Assembly (NCBI GenBank): GCA_016784355.1
Contig: JADHUV010000006.1
Span: 28,372 to 92,371, forward strand
Direction of reading: 5' to 3'
Origin: Nitrospira sp.
GTDB taxonomy: Bacteria > Nitrospirota > Thermodesulfovibrionia > UBA6902
Length of the DNA: 64,000 nt
In this document: piece after piece, positions 36,636-46,840 of the stretch
Layout of the letters: the number at the start of each line of letters is the position of its first letter
Numbering within the stretch: position 1 is the first letter of the stretch
Notes under the pieces: model-generated
The model's input: only the letters and a program-made list of their open reading frames with translations
Database searches by the model: none
What the model was told of the DNA's origin: nothing
Translations under genes and position numbers: made by a program

Positions 36636-37883
36636 ATGAGATTTGATCAATACAAGATAGCGCAGGAGATAAAGAAAAACCTTGAGGCCTTGGGCTTTAA
36701 AAGACCTACGGATATACAATTTAAGGCAATTCCCTCGATTATGAATGAGGAAGATGTAATGGCGGTTGCCCAGACCGGAACAGGGAAGACCGCTGCCTTT
36801 GCGATCCCCCTGATCAATAAAATACATGTACGCAAAAGCAGCAAACGTGTCGAGGGTATAAAGTGTCTTGTGATGGTTCCTACAAGGGAACTTGCTATGC
36901 AGATAGGCGAGGTCTTCCGCACACTATCTGACCACACGAGGGTAAAGACCTTCGCGCTGTACGGGGGAGTGGAGCAGGATGCTCAGATCAGCAGATTACA
37001 GAAGGGTATTGATGTAGTTATAGCAACACCGGGGCGTATGTTTGATCTGATAAGTCAGGGTCACCTGGATATTTCAGCGATCGAGACGCTTGTACTGGAT
37101 GAGGCCGACCAGATGCTTGATCTGGGCTTTATTAATGATATTGAGTTTATAAAAAGAAAACTGGTCAGGCGGCATCAGACGCTTTTCTTCTCGGCCACCA
37201 TAAACAGTGCTATAAAAAAGCTGGCTTTTTCGCAGGTCAAAAGCTCTGCAATAAGGATACAGATCTCTCCGCAGGATCCGGTCGCAAAGAATGTCTCCCA
37301 TTATGTGATGTTTGTAGAGATGGATGATAAGAGATTTTTTCTGGAGCGCTTTATAACGGATAATCCTGAGCATAAGATCATGATTTTTGTCAGGACCAAG
37401 GTTCGTGCCGAGAGGGTAGCCAAGGCCATGCAGAGGGCTGAGATAACGACCTCTGTTATTCACGGAGGCAAGGAGCAGTTAGAGCGCTCCGAGGTTATAA
37501 AGAGCTTTAAGGCTGGACAATGCAGGATTCTTATTGCAACGGATGTAAGCGCACGCGGCATAGACATTCCTGATGTAAATTGTGTTATAAATTACGATAT
37601 GCCTACAAAGGCGGAAAACTATGTGCACAGGGTTGGCAGGACAGGCCGGGGCGTTAAAAAAGGGGATGCAATCTCTTTTTGCAGTACGGAAGAAAAACCG
37701 CTTTTGCTTGAGATACAGGAATTTATAAATAATGAGATTGAGGTCATTAAGATAGCAAAAAATGAATATGCCGGCGTGATAGAACCCCCTGATGAAGATA
37801 AAAGCATCGAGGAGCTTATTGAGGAACAGAAACGCTGGGAGAAAAAACACAAGAAAAAGATCAATAAGAAAAAGAAGAATTAA
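36636..37883 (+). CDS. DEAD-box ATP-dependent RNA helicase
   Basis: Motifs 'AQTGTGKT', 'PTRELA', 'LVLDEADQM', 'SAT', 'HRVGRTGRG'. Lys-rich tail. 150-nt 5' leader. Confidence 0.9.
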   Translation: MRFDQYKIAQEIKKNLEALGFKRPTDIQFKAIPSIMNEEDVMAVAQTGTGKTAAFAIPLINKIHVRKSSKRVEGIKCLVMVPTRELAMQIGEVFRTLSDHTRVKTFALYGGVEQDAQISRLQKGIDVVIATPGRMFDLISQGHLDISAIETLVLDEADQMLDLGFINDIEFIKRKLVRRHQTLFFSATINSAIKKLAFSQVKSSAIRIQISPQDPVAKNVSHYVMFVEMDDKRFFLERFITDNPEHKIMIFVRTKVRAERVAKAMQRAEITTSVIHGGKEQLERSEVIKSFKAGQCRILIATDVSARGIDIPDVNCVINYDMPTKAENYVHRVGRTGRGVKKGDAISFCSTEEKPLLLEIQEFINNEIEVIKIAKNEYAGVIEPPDEDKSIEELIEEQKRWEKKHKKKINKKKKN

Positions 37884-37918
37884 TCGTGTATATTTAAGCT
37901 GAGCAATGGTGGATAGAA

Positions 37919-38578
37919 ATGAGATCATTTTTTAAAAATCTTGTGGGTCAAAAGATACTTATGGCAGTTTCAGGGCTGTTTATGACTCTCTTTCTGACCG
38001 CACATCTTCTCGGCAATATGACTATATATACAGGGGGGTTGAATGCCTATGCTGAGCAACTGCATGCCCTGGTGCCGCTGGTCTGGATAAGCCGGATAAG
38101 CATGCTGACGCTGCTTTTGCTGCATATATACTTCGCCATAAAGTTGACCCTTGAAAACAGGGATGCTAAACCTGTTGGATATGCTGTGAGCAAAAATATC
38201 CGCTCTACCTTCGCATCTAGAAATATGATATGGTCAGGACTTGCTGTTGCCATTTTTATCATTTATCACCTTTTACACCTGACGGTTCCGGCCGCCTCAG
38301 GATCTGTTTCGCTGGATTCAATGGGAAGACCTGATATTTCCGGTATGGTGGTTGAGGGGTTTCAGGGGGGGCTGGTTGCTGTTATTTATTTAGTATCTCT
38401 ATTGGGACTGCTCCTGCATATTATTCATGGAATACAGAGTTCATTTCAGTCCCTGGGGCTAAGCGGTGAAGATGCTGCACCAGTGATACATAGAGCCGGG
38501 ATAATTGTCGCTCTGGTGCTTTCTGCAGGGTTTTTATCCATACCATTAATAATATTTGTCGGAATTGTGAAGGGTTAG
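37919..38578 (+). CDS. sdhC: Succinate dehydrogenase / fumarate reductase diheme cytochrome b membrane subunit (five TM, type B)
   Basis: Five TM helices with four candidate heme-ligand His (HLLGN, LLHIYF, YHLLHL, HIIHGI). Precedes sdhA and sdhB. Confidence 0.8.
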   Translation: MRSFFKNLVGQKILMAVSGLFMTLFLTAHLLGNMTIYTGGLNAYAEQLHALVPLVWISRISMLTLLLLHIYFAIKLTLENRDAKPVGYAVSKNIRSTFASRNMIWSGLAVAIFIIYHLLHLTVPAASGSVSLDSMGRPDISGMVVEGFQGGLVAVIYLVSLLGLLLHIIHGIQSSFQSLGLSGEDAAPVIHRAGIIVALVLSAGFLSIPLIIFVGIVKG

Positions 38579-38584
38579 AAAATT

Positions 38585-40498
38585 ATGATACTTGATGGCA
38601 GAGCTCCCATAGGACCTATTGAAACACAGTGGGAACGGCATTGCCGTGACTTGAAACTCATAAATCCTGCCAACAGGCGAAAATATAAGATCATCGTTGT
38701 CGGCACCGGTCTGGCCGGCGCTTCTGCGGCTGCTACACTCGGGGAGCTGGGATACAATGTTGAGACATTCTGTTATCAGGATAGTCCCCGGCGTGCGCAT
38801 AGTGTAGCCGCGCAGGGCGGGATCAATGCTGCGAAAAATTACACAGGTGACGGCGATAGTGTATATCGTCTTTTTCACGATACAGTCAAAGGCGGAGATT
38901 TTAGATCCCGTGAGGCAAATGTCTATAGGCTCGCGGCCTTAAGCAATAATATAATAGACCAGTGTGTTGCCCAGGGGGTGCCGTTTGCCCGTGATTATGC
39001 CGGCTACCTGGAAAACCGCTCTTTCGGGGGTGCCCAGGTCTCAAGGACTTTTTTTGCAAAAGGTCAGACAGGTCAGCAGCTTTTGCTGGGTGCTTATTCT
39101 GCTATGCTGCGCCAGATAAGGGCAGGAAATGTAAGGCATCATTCCAGGGCGGAGATGCTGGATATCGTGCTGCTTGAGGGTGAGGCAAAGGGTATCATTA
39201 CAAGGGATATGGTAACGGGTGAAATACGTACTCACGCGGCTGATGCAGTATGTCTTTGTACCGGAGGCTATGCCAATGTCTACTACCTTTCAACCAATGC
39301 AATGGGCTGCAATGTAACGGCCGCTTACAGGGCGTATAAGAAAGGCGCGTATTTTGCCAATCCCTGCTACACGCAGATCCATCCTACCTGCATCCCTGTT
39401 TCGGGCGACTATCAGTCAAAGCTTACTCTAATGTCCGAATCGCTAAGAAATGATGGCCGTGTCTGGGTCCCTATAAAAAAGGGAGATAATCGTCCGGCAG
39501 GAGAGATTCCAGTGGTAGAACGTGATTATTATCTGGAACGTAAGTACCCTGCTTTTGGCAATCTGGCTCCACGTGATATATCCTCCCGCTCTGCAAAGGA
39601 GGTCTGTGATGAAGGCCGCGGGGTAGGACCGGGCGGCAGAGGGGTGTATCTTGATTTTGCTGATTCGGTCAGGAGGCTTGGAGAAAACTCAGTCCGGCAG
39701 AAATACGGTAACCTCTTTGAGATGTATGAAAGAATAACAGGTGAGAATGCTTATGCACAGCCGATGCGTATTTATCCTGCTCCTCATTACACTATGGGCG
39801 GTCTTTGGGTTGATTATAATCTGCAAAGTAATATTCCCGGTTTGTTTGTATTGGGAGAGGCCAATTTTTCAGATCATGGGGCCAATCGTCTGGGTGCAAG
39901 CGCCCTGATGCAGGGTCTGGCTGACGGGTATTTTATTATTCCTCATACCATAGCGAATTATCTGGCCGTGAGCGGACCGGGGAAAGCAGATCTTGATAAT
40001 CCAGAATTTGCAAAAGCCAGGGAAGATGTAAATACCTTTATAGCGAAAATATTAGCAATACAGGGCAGACGTACTGCCAATGATTTTCATGCAGCGCTGG
40101 GAAAAATTATGTGGGAACATGTAGGGATGTCCCGCAGTGAAAAAAGTCTGAAGACCGCACTCCGCCTGATTCCCGAACTTCGTGAGCAATTTTGGGAAGA
40201 TCTTAAGGTTCCGGGAGGTAATGCTGATCTTAATCAGGAACTGGAAAAGGCCGGACGCGTTGCAGACTTTCTGGACTTTGCGGAATTGATGACGAGGGAT
40301 GCGCTTTCCCGTGATGAGTCATGCGGCGGACATTTTCGTGAGGAACACCAGACCGTTGAGGGTGAGGCCGTTCGTGATGATGAAACTTCATCACATGTCT
40401 CTGCCTGGGAGTTTCGCGGGGGGCATGAGATTCCTGAGATGCATAAGGAACCACTGGTATTTGAGAATATCAAACCCGCGGTCAGGAGTTATAAATAA
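38585..40498 (+). CDS. sdhA: Succinate dehydrogenase / fumarate reductase flavoprotein subunit
   Basis: '[14 protein letters not shown]' FAD fold. 'HYTMGG' active-site motif. 'RSREANV' FAD-attachment-region His/Arg context. Confidence 0.9.
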   Translation: MILDGRAPIGPIETQWERHCRDLKLINPANRRKYKIIVVGTGLAGASAAATLGELGYNVETFCYQDSPRRAHSVAAQGGINAAKNYTGDGDSVYRLFHDTVKGGDFRSREANVYRLAALSNNIIDQCVAQGVPFARDYAGYLENRSFGGAQVSRTFFAKGQTGQQLLLGAYSAMLRQIRAGNVRHHSRAEMLDIVLLEGEAKGIITRDMVTGEIRTHAADAVCLCTGGYANVYYLSTNAMGCNVTAAYRAYKKGAYFANPCYTQIHPTCIPVSGDYQSKLTLMSESLRNDGRVWVPIKKGDNRPAGEIPVVERDYYLERKYPAFGNLAPRDISSRSAKEVCDEGRGVGPGGRGVYLDFADSVRRLGENSVRQKYGNLFEMYERITGENAYAQPMRIYPAPHYTMGGLWVDYNLQSNIPGLFVLGEANFSDHGANRLGASALMQGLADGYFIIPHTIANYLAVSGPGKADLDNPEFAKAREDVNTFIAKILAIQGRRTANDFHAALGKIMWEHVGMSRSEKSLKTALRLIPELREQFWEDLKVPGGNADLNQELEKAGRVADFLDFAELMTRDALSRDESCGGHFREEHQTVEGEAVRDDETSSHVSAWEFRGGHEIPEMHKEPLVFENIKPAVRSYK

Positions 40499-41295
40499 TG
40501 AAGCTAATCTTGTTTATTTGGAGACAGCAGGGGGCTGATGATCCTGGAAAACTTGTGCGTTATGATACTTCTGAAATAAGTGCGGAGATGTCTTTTTTAG
40601 AGATGCTTGATGTGGTAAACGAGGGTCTGGTCAAGGACGGGAAAGAGCCCATTGCCTTTGATCATGACTGCCGCGAGGGCATCTGCGGTACCTGTTCACA
40701 GGTAATAAACGGGGTGCCTCACGGTCCTCAGGAAAGAACCACGGTATGTCAGCTTCACATGCGCCAGTTTAAAGATGGCGATAAGATTTATATTGAGCCG
40801 TGGAGGGCAAGGGCCTTTCCCATTGTAAAGGATCTGATTGTAGATCGAAGTTCGCTGGAGCGTGTTATGCAAGCCGGAGGTTATATATCAGTTCATACGG
40901 GCTGTGCGCCGGATGCCAACTCGATTCTAATACGCAGAGAAGATGCAGAGACAGCGATGGATGCGGCAGAGTGCATTGGCTGCGGTGCCTGTGTGGCAGC
41001 ATGCCCTAACGGTTCGGCCATGCTTTTTACGGCCGCTAAGGTTACGCAGTTTGCCAGTCTTCCGCAGGGACAGACCGAGGCGAAGCACCGGGTATGCATG
41101 ATGACTGAGGTAATGAAACATGAAGGATTCGGCAGTTGTACTAATCACTATGAATGTCAGGCTGTTTGCCCCAAGGGTCTTAAGACATCTTTTATTGCCC
41201 GCTTAAACAGAGAATTTCTTAAAGCCCTGGACTCTCCAGAAATGCCTGAATCCTTCTCAGGAGGCTTTTTAAACAGGGGCAATCCGTCACGCTAG
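40498..41295 (+). CDS. sdhB: Succinate dehydrogenase / fumarate reductase iron-sulfur subunit
   Basis: '[10 protein letters not shown]' [2Fe-2S], '[12 protein letters not shown]' [4Fe-4S], '[12 protein letters not shown]' [3Fe-4S]. Confidence 0.9.
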   Translation: MKLILFIWRQQGADDPGKLVRYDTSEISAEMSFLEMLDVVNEGLVKDGKEPIAFDHDCREGICGTCSQVINGVPHGPQERTTVCQLHMRQFKDGDKIYIEPWRARAFPIVKDLIVDRSSLERVMQAGGYISVHTGCAPDANSILIRREDAETAMDAAECIGCGACVAACPNGSAMLFTAAKVTQFASLPQGQTEAKHRVCMMTEVMKHEGFGSCTNHYECQAVCPKGLKTSFIARLNREFLKALDSPEMPESFSGGFLNRGNPSR

Positions 41296-41434
41296 GCAGG
41301 GCCTGAATTTCCTCTTCTGCCTTTAGCTGTTTTAATGATTACCATATTTAATAGATTGATTAATTAAATTTAGTAGACACAGCTCCGGATACATGATATT
41401 TCTATAGCTATGGAAATCTTCAGCGGAGGGTCGT

Positions 41435-42187
41435 ATGGATCTAAGGTTTGATAGTTATATGTTTATCGCTGTGCTTGTGCTTTTTTTTTCTATGGCCGGA
41501 CTGGAGGTTTATGCAGGGGACTCCTGTACGGAGTGTCACAGGGACGGGGGACTTCTTCAGCAGAACAAGGTGCTGTATGATTATTTTAAAAACTGGGAGG
41601 GATCACTGCATGATCTCTCCGGCGTGATCTGCAGTGATTGCCATGGCGGAAATCCTGAAAGTAAGGATAAGGACTCTGCGCATGCAAATAACTTCTATAC
41701 CTTTCAAATGGATGGAAAACAATCATATGAAAAAGTGCCTGAGACATGTGGAAAGTGTCATGAAGCAGTACTTAATAACTTCAGGCGGAGCAATCATTAC
41801 AAGGCATTAACTGAAAAAGGGACCGGCCCTAACTGTGTAACCTGTCACGGTGCGATGAATGTTGAGGTCTATTATAGCGCTGTTATAACAAAGACCTGCG
41901 TGACCTGTCATAACGAAGAAACCGGTAACAGGCCGGAGATAGTGGATGAGGCGGGTGTGATATTGCAGAGGATTAATGTCTCCAGGGCATTTAAAAACTG
42001 GATAGAGATTAACTGCTCTGATGATGAACGGGCAAATATTAAGGTCTTAAATGTCATGTATTCATCCCTGACGGAGTCCTGGCACAGTTTTGATTTTAAA
42101 CAGCTTGACCAGATGTCCCTTGATCTGCTGAACAGGGCAAAGACACTTGTTAATAAGGGATTGATTGAAAAAAGGAGAAGCAACTGA
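41435..42187 (+). CDS. Pentaheme c-type cytochrome (secreted)
   Basis: Five CxxCH motifs: CTECH, CSDCH, CGKCH, CVTCHGA, CVTCHNE. Signal peptide. Confidence 0.8.
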   Translation: MDLRFDSYMFIAVLVLFFSMAGLEVYAGDSCTECHRDGGLLQQNKVLYDYFKNWEGSLHDLSGVICSDCHGGNPESKDKDSAHANNFYTFQMDGKQSYEKVPETCGKCHEAVLNNFRRSNHYKALTEKGTGPNCVTCHGAMNVEVYYSAVITKTCVTCHNEETGNRPEIVDEAGVILQRINVSRAFKNWIEINCSDDERANIKVLNVMYSSLTESWHSFDFKQLDQMSLDLLNRAKTLVNKGLIEKRRSN

Positions 42188-42308
42188 ATATAAGTCATTA
42201 AACATTATCCTGCCCTCGCAACCCTGAATATGATAGAATCATAAACGCTATATATTAGAGTTTATAAGATATGCATGTCATAGAATCGTCAAGGGAGCGG
42301 GACATAGT

Positions 42309-43595
42309 TTGAACCTTCAAAAAATAAGTCTTATATTTTCAGCACTGCTTGTCCTGATGGCTTGTGCGTCTCTGGTTGTTGCTCAGGAGACGGGGGAACC
42401 TGATACGCATGAGGTGTTTGGAAGGTATGCCAGTCGTATCGTTAAGATACATGTTGTTGAAAACAGTTCCGGCGCCAAGGCCACGATAGGTTCTGGATTC
42501 CACGTCAGCAAAGCCGGCCATATCATTACGAACTACCATGTTATCTCCAAGATTGTGCATCACGGAGATCGTTACTCTGCAGAATTCATTGATAGCGGAG
42601 GCGGCTCCCATCCTCTGAAGATCTTAAATATAGACGTGATCAATGACCTTGCGGTTGTTCAGTCGGATTATTTAGCGAAAGATTACTTCAATCTGTCTGT
42701 TATAGATATTAGTCAGGGCAGGAGACTCTATGCCCTTGGTTATCCCCATGATATAGGCATTAGTATCGTAGAGGGTACATATAACGGTCTTTTGGAACAT
42801 GCACTTTATAAAAAGATCCATTTTACCAGCTCTATTAACCCGGGAATGAGCGGTGGTCCTTCGATAACATCTTTAGGGGAAGTGGTCGGTATTAATGTCT
42901 CAACCGCCGGCAATCAGGTGAGTTTCCTCGTTCCTGTAGAGGCCGCGGTCAGGCTTTATAAAGATACTCTCAGTACGCCTGATAATCTGCTGGAGAATTT
43001 TCTTGAGATAGTTCGCAATCAGTTATATGCCCACCAGGAAGCCTATCTATATGAGGGTATGATGAGTTCAGGTCAAAAGGTACGGCTTGGAGACTTTATG
43101 CTGCCGAGCAGGCTTGCCCCTTACTTTAAGTGTTGGGGGGATTCGCAGCAGACTGAGAAAAGTACCTATAGTGTAATAAATCACAGATGCTCTACTGATG
43201 ATTATCTGTTTGTTTCCGGAAGTCAGAGATCTGGAATTATAGAGATTCATCACAGACTTATTACCTCTGAGGAACTTAACTCTATGGCGTTTTATGAACT
43301 GTATTCAACTTTCTATGCTCAGAATACCAGCCAGTTGCACGGCAGTGAGGAAGAGGTGACTTCTTTCAGGTGTGAGTCTGAAAATGTTATAAGCAATGAT
43401 ATTCCCTTTAAGGTCGCATTCTGCATAAGGCGCTACAGGAAATTGCAGGGTCTGTATGATATGGTGCTCAGGGCTGCGGCGCTTGGGTTGAAAGACACTG
43501 GCCTCGATACAACCCTTGTACTTGCGGGTGTCAGTTTTGAAAAGGCCGGTGAAATGGCACGTACTTATCTGGAGGCTGTCTCATGGGCAGAATAG
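42309..43595 (+). CDS. Secreted trypsin-like (S1 family) serine protease
   Basis: Catalytic triad context 'ITNYHVI' (His), 'NDLAVVQ' (Asp), 'GMSGGP' (Ser). Signal peptide. TTG start with an AAGGGAGCGGG RBS. Confidence 0.8.
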   Translation: MNLQKISLIFSALLVLMACASLVVAQETGEPDTHEVFGRYASRIVKIHVVENSSGAKATIGSGFHVSKAGHIITNYHVISKIVHHGDRYSAEFIDSGGGSHPLKILNIDVINDLAVVQSDYLAKDYFNLSVIDISQGRRLYALGYPHDIGISIVEGTYNGLLEHALYKKIHFTSSINPGMSGGPSITSLGEVVGINVSTAGNQVSFLVPVEAAVRLYKDTLSTPDNLLENFLEIVRNQLYAHQEAYLYEGMMSSGQKVRLGDFMLPSRLAPYFKCWGDSQQTEKSTYSVINHRCSTDDYLFVSGSQRSGIIEIHHRLITSEELNSMAFYELYSTFYAQNTSQLHGSEEEVTSFRCESENVISNDIPFKVAFCIRRYRKLQGLYDMVLRAAALGLKDTGLDTTLVLAGVSFEKAGEMARTYLEAVSWAE

Positions 43596-44554
43596 TCTTT
43601 GTAGAGGTTATGAACAGGAGACACAGGGTCAGTGAGCGCATAAGGGTGGACTCTTTTCCGGCAGCTATTGGGCGTGCTTATACTAATGATATTATTCTGG
43701 ATGATTCTTATGTAAGTGAGACACATGCGGTTCTTACCTGCGATGAGGAAGGCACTTTGCATCTAAAGGATGGGGGAAGTAAAAACGGTATACGCAGGGA
43801 GGGTCAATCCAATAAAGTCAGCGATCTTGAGATATCGGGCGAGGCGACAGTCAGAATTGGCAGGACCTTGCTGCGAATACGTGAAAGCAGTTACGGAGTT
43901 ACCCCTGCGCTTGCCGAGCAGTCGCAGTATGGTTTTTTTCAGCGCATAACCCGAACCGGCAGTTTAGCGTTTCTGGCATTTATAGCATCCTTTGTCATGA
44001 TATATGGTTATGATTTTATACGCAGTTATGAACGGTTTAGTCCGTCCCATGTGCTGGGCAGTGTACTTGCCGGAGTTATGCTGTTTGCCCTGTGGTCAGG
44101 TGTATGGTCACTTATTAACAGATTAGTGGCGCATTCATTCTGTTTTCTTAAGCATATGGCAGTTGCCGGAGTTATTGCTCTTTGTCTGACGGCAGCCTAT
44201 ACTGCAGATGAATATGTGCTATTTCTATTTTCTCCCGGGTATGCATATATATACTTTGAACTGGCTGGTCTTGCTGCTATTTTCGCAATGGCACTTTATG
44301 CGCATACTGCTATTATCTCACATGCTCCCCGCCGCAGGTCAGCAATTACGGCGTGTATTGTGGCTATTTTTATTTTCAGCTTTACAAGTATTTTTTTCTC
44401 TCTTGGCAGGTCGGAGTTTTCACGTAATCTTGATTATGAGGCTAATCTAAAGCCGCTGGGAAAGGATTGGATATATAGCATATCTAACACTGAGTTTTTT
44501 GAAGGCCTGGAAATACTGAAGAATGAGGTGGACTCCATGGCCGGTGAGCTGTAA
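43583..44554 (+). CDS. FHA-domain protein with C-terminal multi-TM region
   Basis: 'AIGRAYTNDIILDDSYVSETHAVL...GSKNGIRREGQ' FHA fold followed by 5 hydrophobic helices. 13-nt overlap with the protease gene. Confidence 0.75.
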   Translation: MGRIVFVEVMNRRHRVSERIRVDSFPAAIGRAYTNDIILDDSYVSETHAVLTCDEEGTLHLKDGGSKNGIRREGQSNKVSDLEISGEATVRIGRTLLRIRESSYGVTPALAEQSQYGFFQRITRTGSLAFLAFIASFVMIYGYDFIRSYERFSPSHVLGSVLAGVMLFALWSGVWSLINRLVAHSFCFLKHMAVAGVIALCLTAAYTADEYVLFLFSPGYAYIYFELAGLAAIFAMALYAHTAIISHAPRRRSAITACIVAIFIFSFTSIFFSLGRSEFSRNLDYEANLKPLGKDWIYSISNTEFFEGLEILKNEVDSMAGEL

Positions 44555-44667
44555 TCACAGCACGAAATGGATATTTGATATAGTCGATTAAGGTTTCTAG
44601 TTATATCGACCGATAAATATCAAAAGTTGATAACTTAGTGAATTGGCTGGTTTTATAGTGATAATCT

Positions 44668-46701
44668 ATGAAACTGATACATAAATTAATATTAGGACTG
44701 ATACTTTTTGTGCTCCTCATATGGACCGGAGGGTATTTCGCGCATATCTCAAGCAGGACTATACTGAAGAATCTTTTTATCGAAAATGCTGAGTCTCTTG
44801 CCGAGCAGAAGATCGATAAGGTTCATAATTTCCTGCAGCACCGGATCGAGATATTTCAGGAATTTGCGTCACAGCGGCAATTTCAGCAGGAGATTGCATT
44901 ATCAAATGAGCAGTTTAGTCAAAATGCAGAGATTCAGTCCTTTATCACTGAGCGGGATCATCAGTGGCTGCAGCCCGGAGATAAAGAGCAATTGCCATTT
45001 ATCAATGATATATTGCAGAGCTGGATCTCGGATGAATTGAGGGGCAAGGCCCTGTATCATGAAAAAAAGAATGGTTTCAGAGTATTCGGAGAGGTGTTTG
45101 TCACAAATAAATACGGGGCAGTAATAGCTGCTACTCAAAAGATCACGGATTATAGGCAGGATGATGAGTACTGGTGGAGCGTTGCAAAGCGTGAAGGTAT
45201 TTATATCGGGGATATTGCCTATGATGAAAGTGCCGCGATGTATGGCATGGATATCGGTATAAGGTTTGATGATGAGAAGGGGGGCTTTGCAGGGATAATT
45301 AAACTGGTACTGAATGTTAAAGATATAATAAATATTATCAAGACCTTTACGCATCATGATATGCATGCTTCACACGGATCAATGGAGACAACCCTTGTGA
45401 CCAGAGAGGGCAAGCTGATTTATTCAACGACCGGGATGGGCGTTCTTTTTGATGATGTGACAGGCGATTTTGAGCGCGGAGAGCTTGAGATTCTTCTCTC
45501 GGATATGCCGCTGCATATAGAGAGTCGGGGGCGTCTTGTAGTGCATGCTCATGCCAATGGACATGGCAGCAAGAGCTTTGAGGATCTTGGCTGGACTCTT
45601 ATGATCTCGCACCGCACAAGTGAGATTTATAGAGGGATAACAGATCTTAGGAACAAGATTCTTATGGTCTCAGCAGGGGTTACCTTTTTTGCTCTTTTAC
45701 TGGGTTATTCTATGGCTGTCCCGTTTCTGCGTGCAATACGGTCTATCCGTGATGCAGTCATAAAGACAGCAGAGGGTGATTTAGATGCACATATATCGGT
45801 ATACGCCGATGATGAGCTTGGACAGCTTGCTACGGCCTTTAATGATATGCAGACGAAGCTAAAGAAAACGACAGTAAGCCGTGATGAACTTGTCAGGGAG
45901 ATGAGTGTCCGTAAAAGTGCCGAGGATGGCCTTTTGGAGGGCGAGGCTCGTCTGCGTTCTATAATAGATACCGCAAGCGATGCAATTATTTCAATAGACA
46001 GTCGTGGACGCATGATTTTTATAAATTCTGCAGCGGAGTTAATGTTTGGGTACAGCACCAGCGAGATGGCCGGTCATTCCGCGAAAAAGTTAATGCCTGA
46101 GAGGTTTCGGGAGTATCATGAGAAGGGAATGGAACGATATTAGTCGACTCATGAGAAAAGCATAATTGGCAAGAGTGTTGAGCTTTTTGCGATTAGAAAG
46201 GATGGCAGCGAGTTTCCAATAGAGCTCTCGCTTGCCCAGTGGAAGGCCCATGGACATCAGTTTTATACAGCTGTGATAAAGGATATTACCGAACGTATAA
46301 GAGACCAGCAGAGTCTTCTGGATAGCGTGAAGATGTACCGAACACTATATGAATCATCCGGTGATGCGATAATGGTTATGGAGCAAGTCCCGGATGACGT
46401 TTTGCAGATTGTTGACTGTAATGAGAAGGCTGCGGAGTTGCTGTCCTGTAGCAGGGAGGCAGTTAAAGGTGAGTCTTTTGAAAATTTATCAGCTGCCCAT
46501 CAGTCTTCAGATATATCCTCTAAGCAGTTAATAGCTGAAATGTTGACGTCTGTTTTGATAGGGGCTCCGCAGTATTTGAGATGGATGCTAAAGAGCAGGA
46601 ACGGAATAGAGTTAGCTGCTGATATATCCTTTGCACGTATGGATATCGACGGCAGGCAGTATATCCAGGCTATTGCCAGGGTTAATAATACTCACTCCTG
46701 A
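44668..46701 (+). pseudogene. Cache-HAMP-PAS-PAS membrane sensor, single reading frame interrupted by an in-frame TAG at 46141-46143
   Basis: ORFs 44668-46143 and 46273-46701 are in the same frame. Translating across 46144-46272 gives the continuous PAS sequence '...YHEKGMERY*STHEKSIIGKSVELFAIRKDGSEFPIELSLAQ...' with no other stop. Confidence 0.6.
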
Positions 46702-46840
46702 TTCAAAATTAAAGTTCTATTCTTCGCTGTCCGATAATTAATCATAGTGAAATAAATAACTGATAAAAACCTGTTTGCATAACGGATATGGCGGGGATAT
46801 TAAAATTAAAAAAATGATGTTTTTGCCATGGGCTAATTAA

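Noticed and set aside
46141-46143. TAG decoded as pyrrolysine
   Set aside because: There is no pyl gene context in the window and the gene is not a methylamine methyltransferase. A pseudogene or sequencing error is more likely. This cannot be fully excluded without the whole genome.
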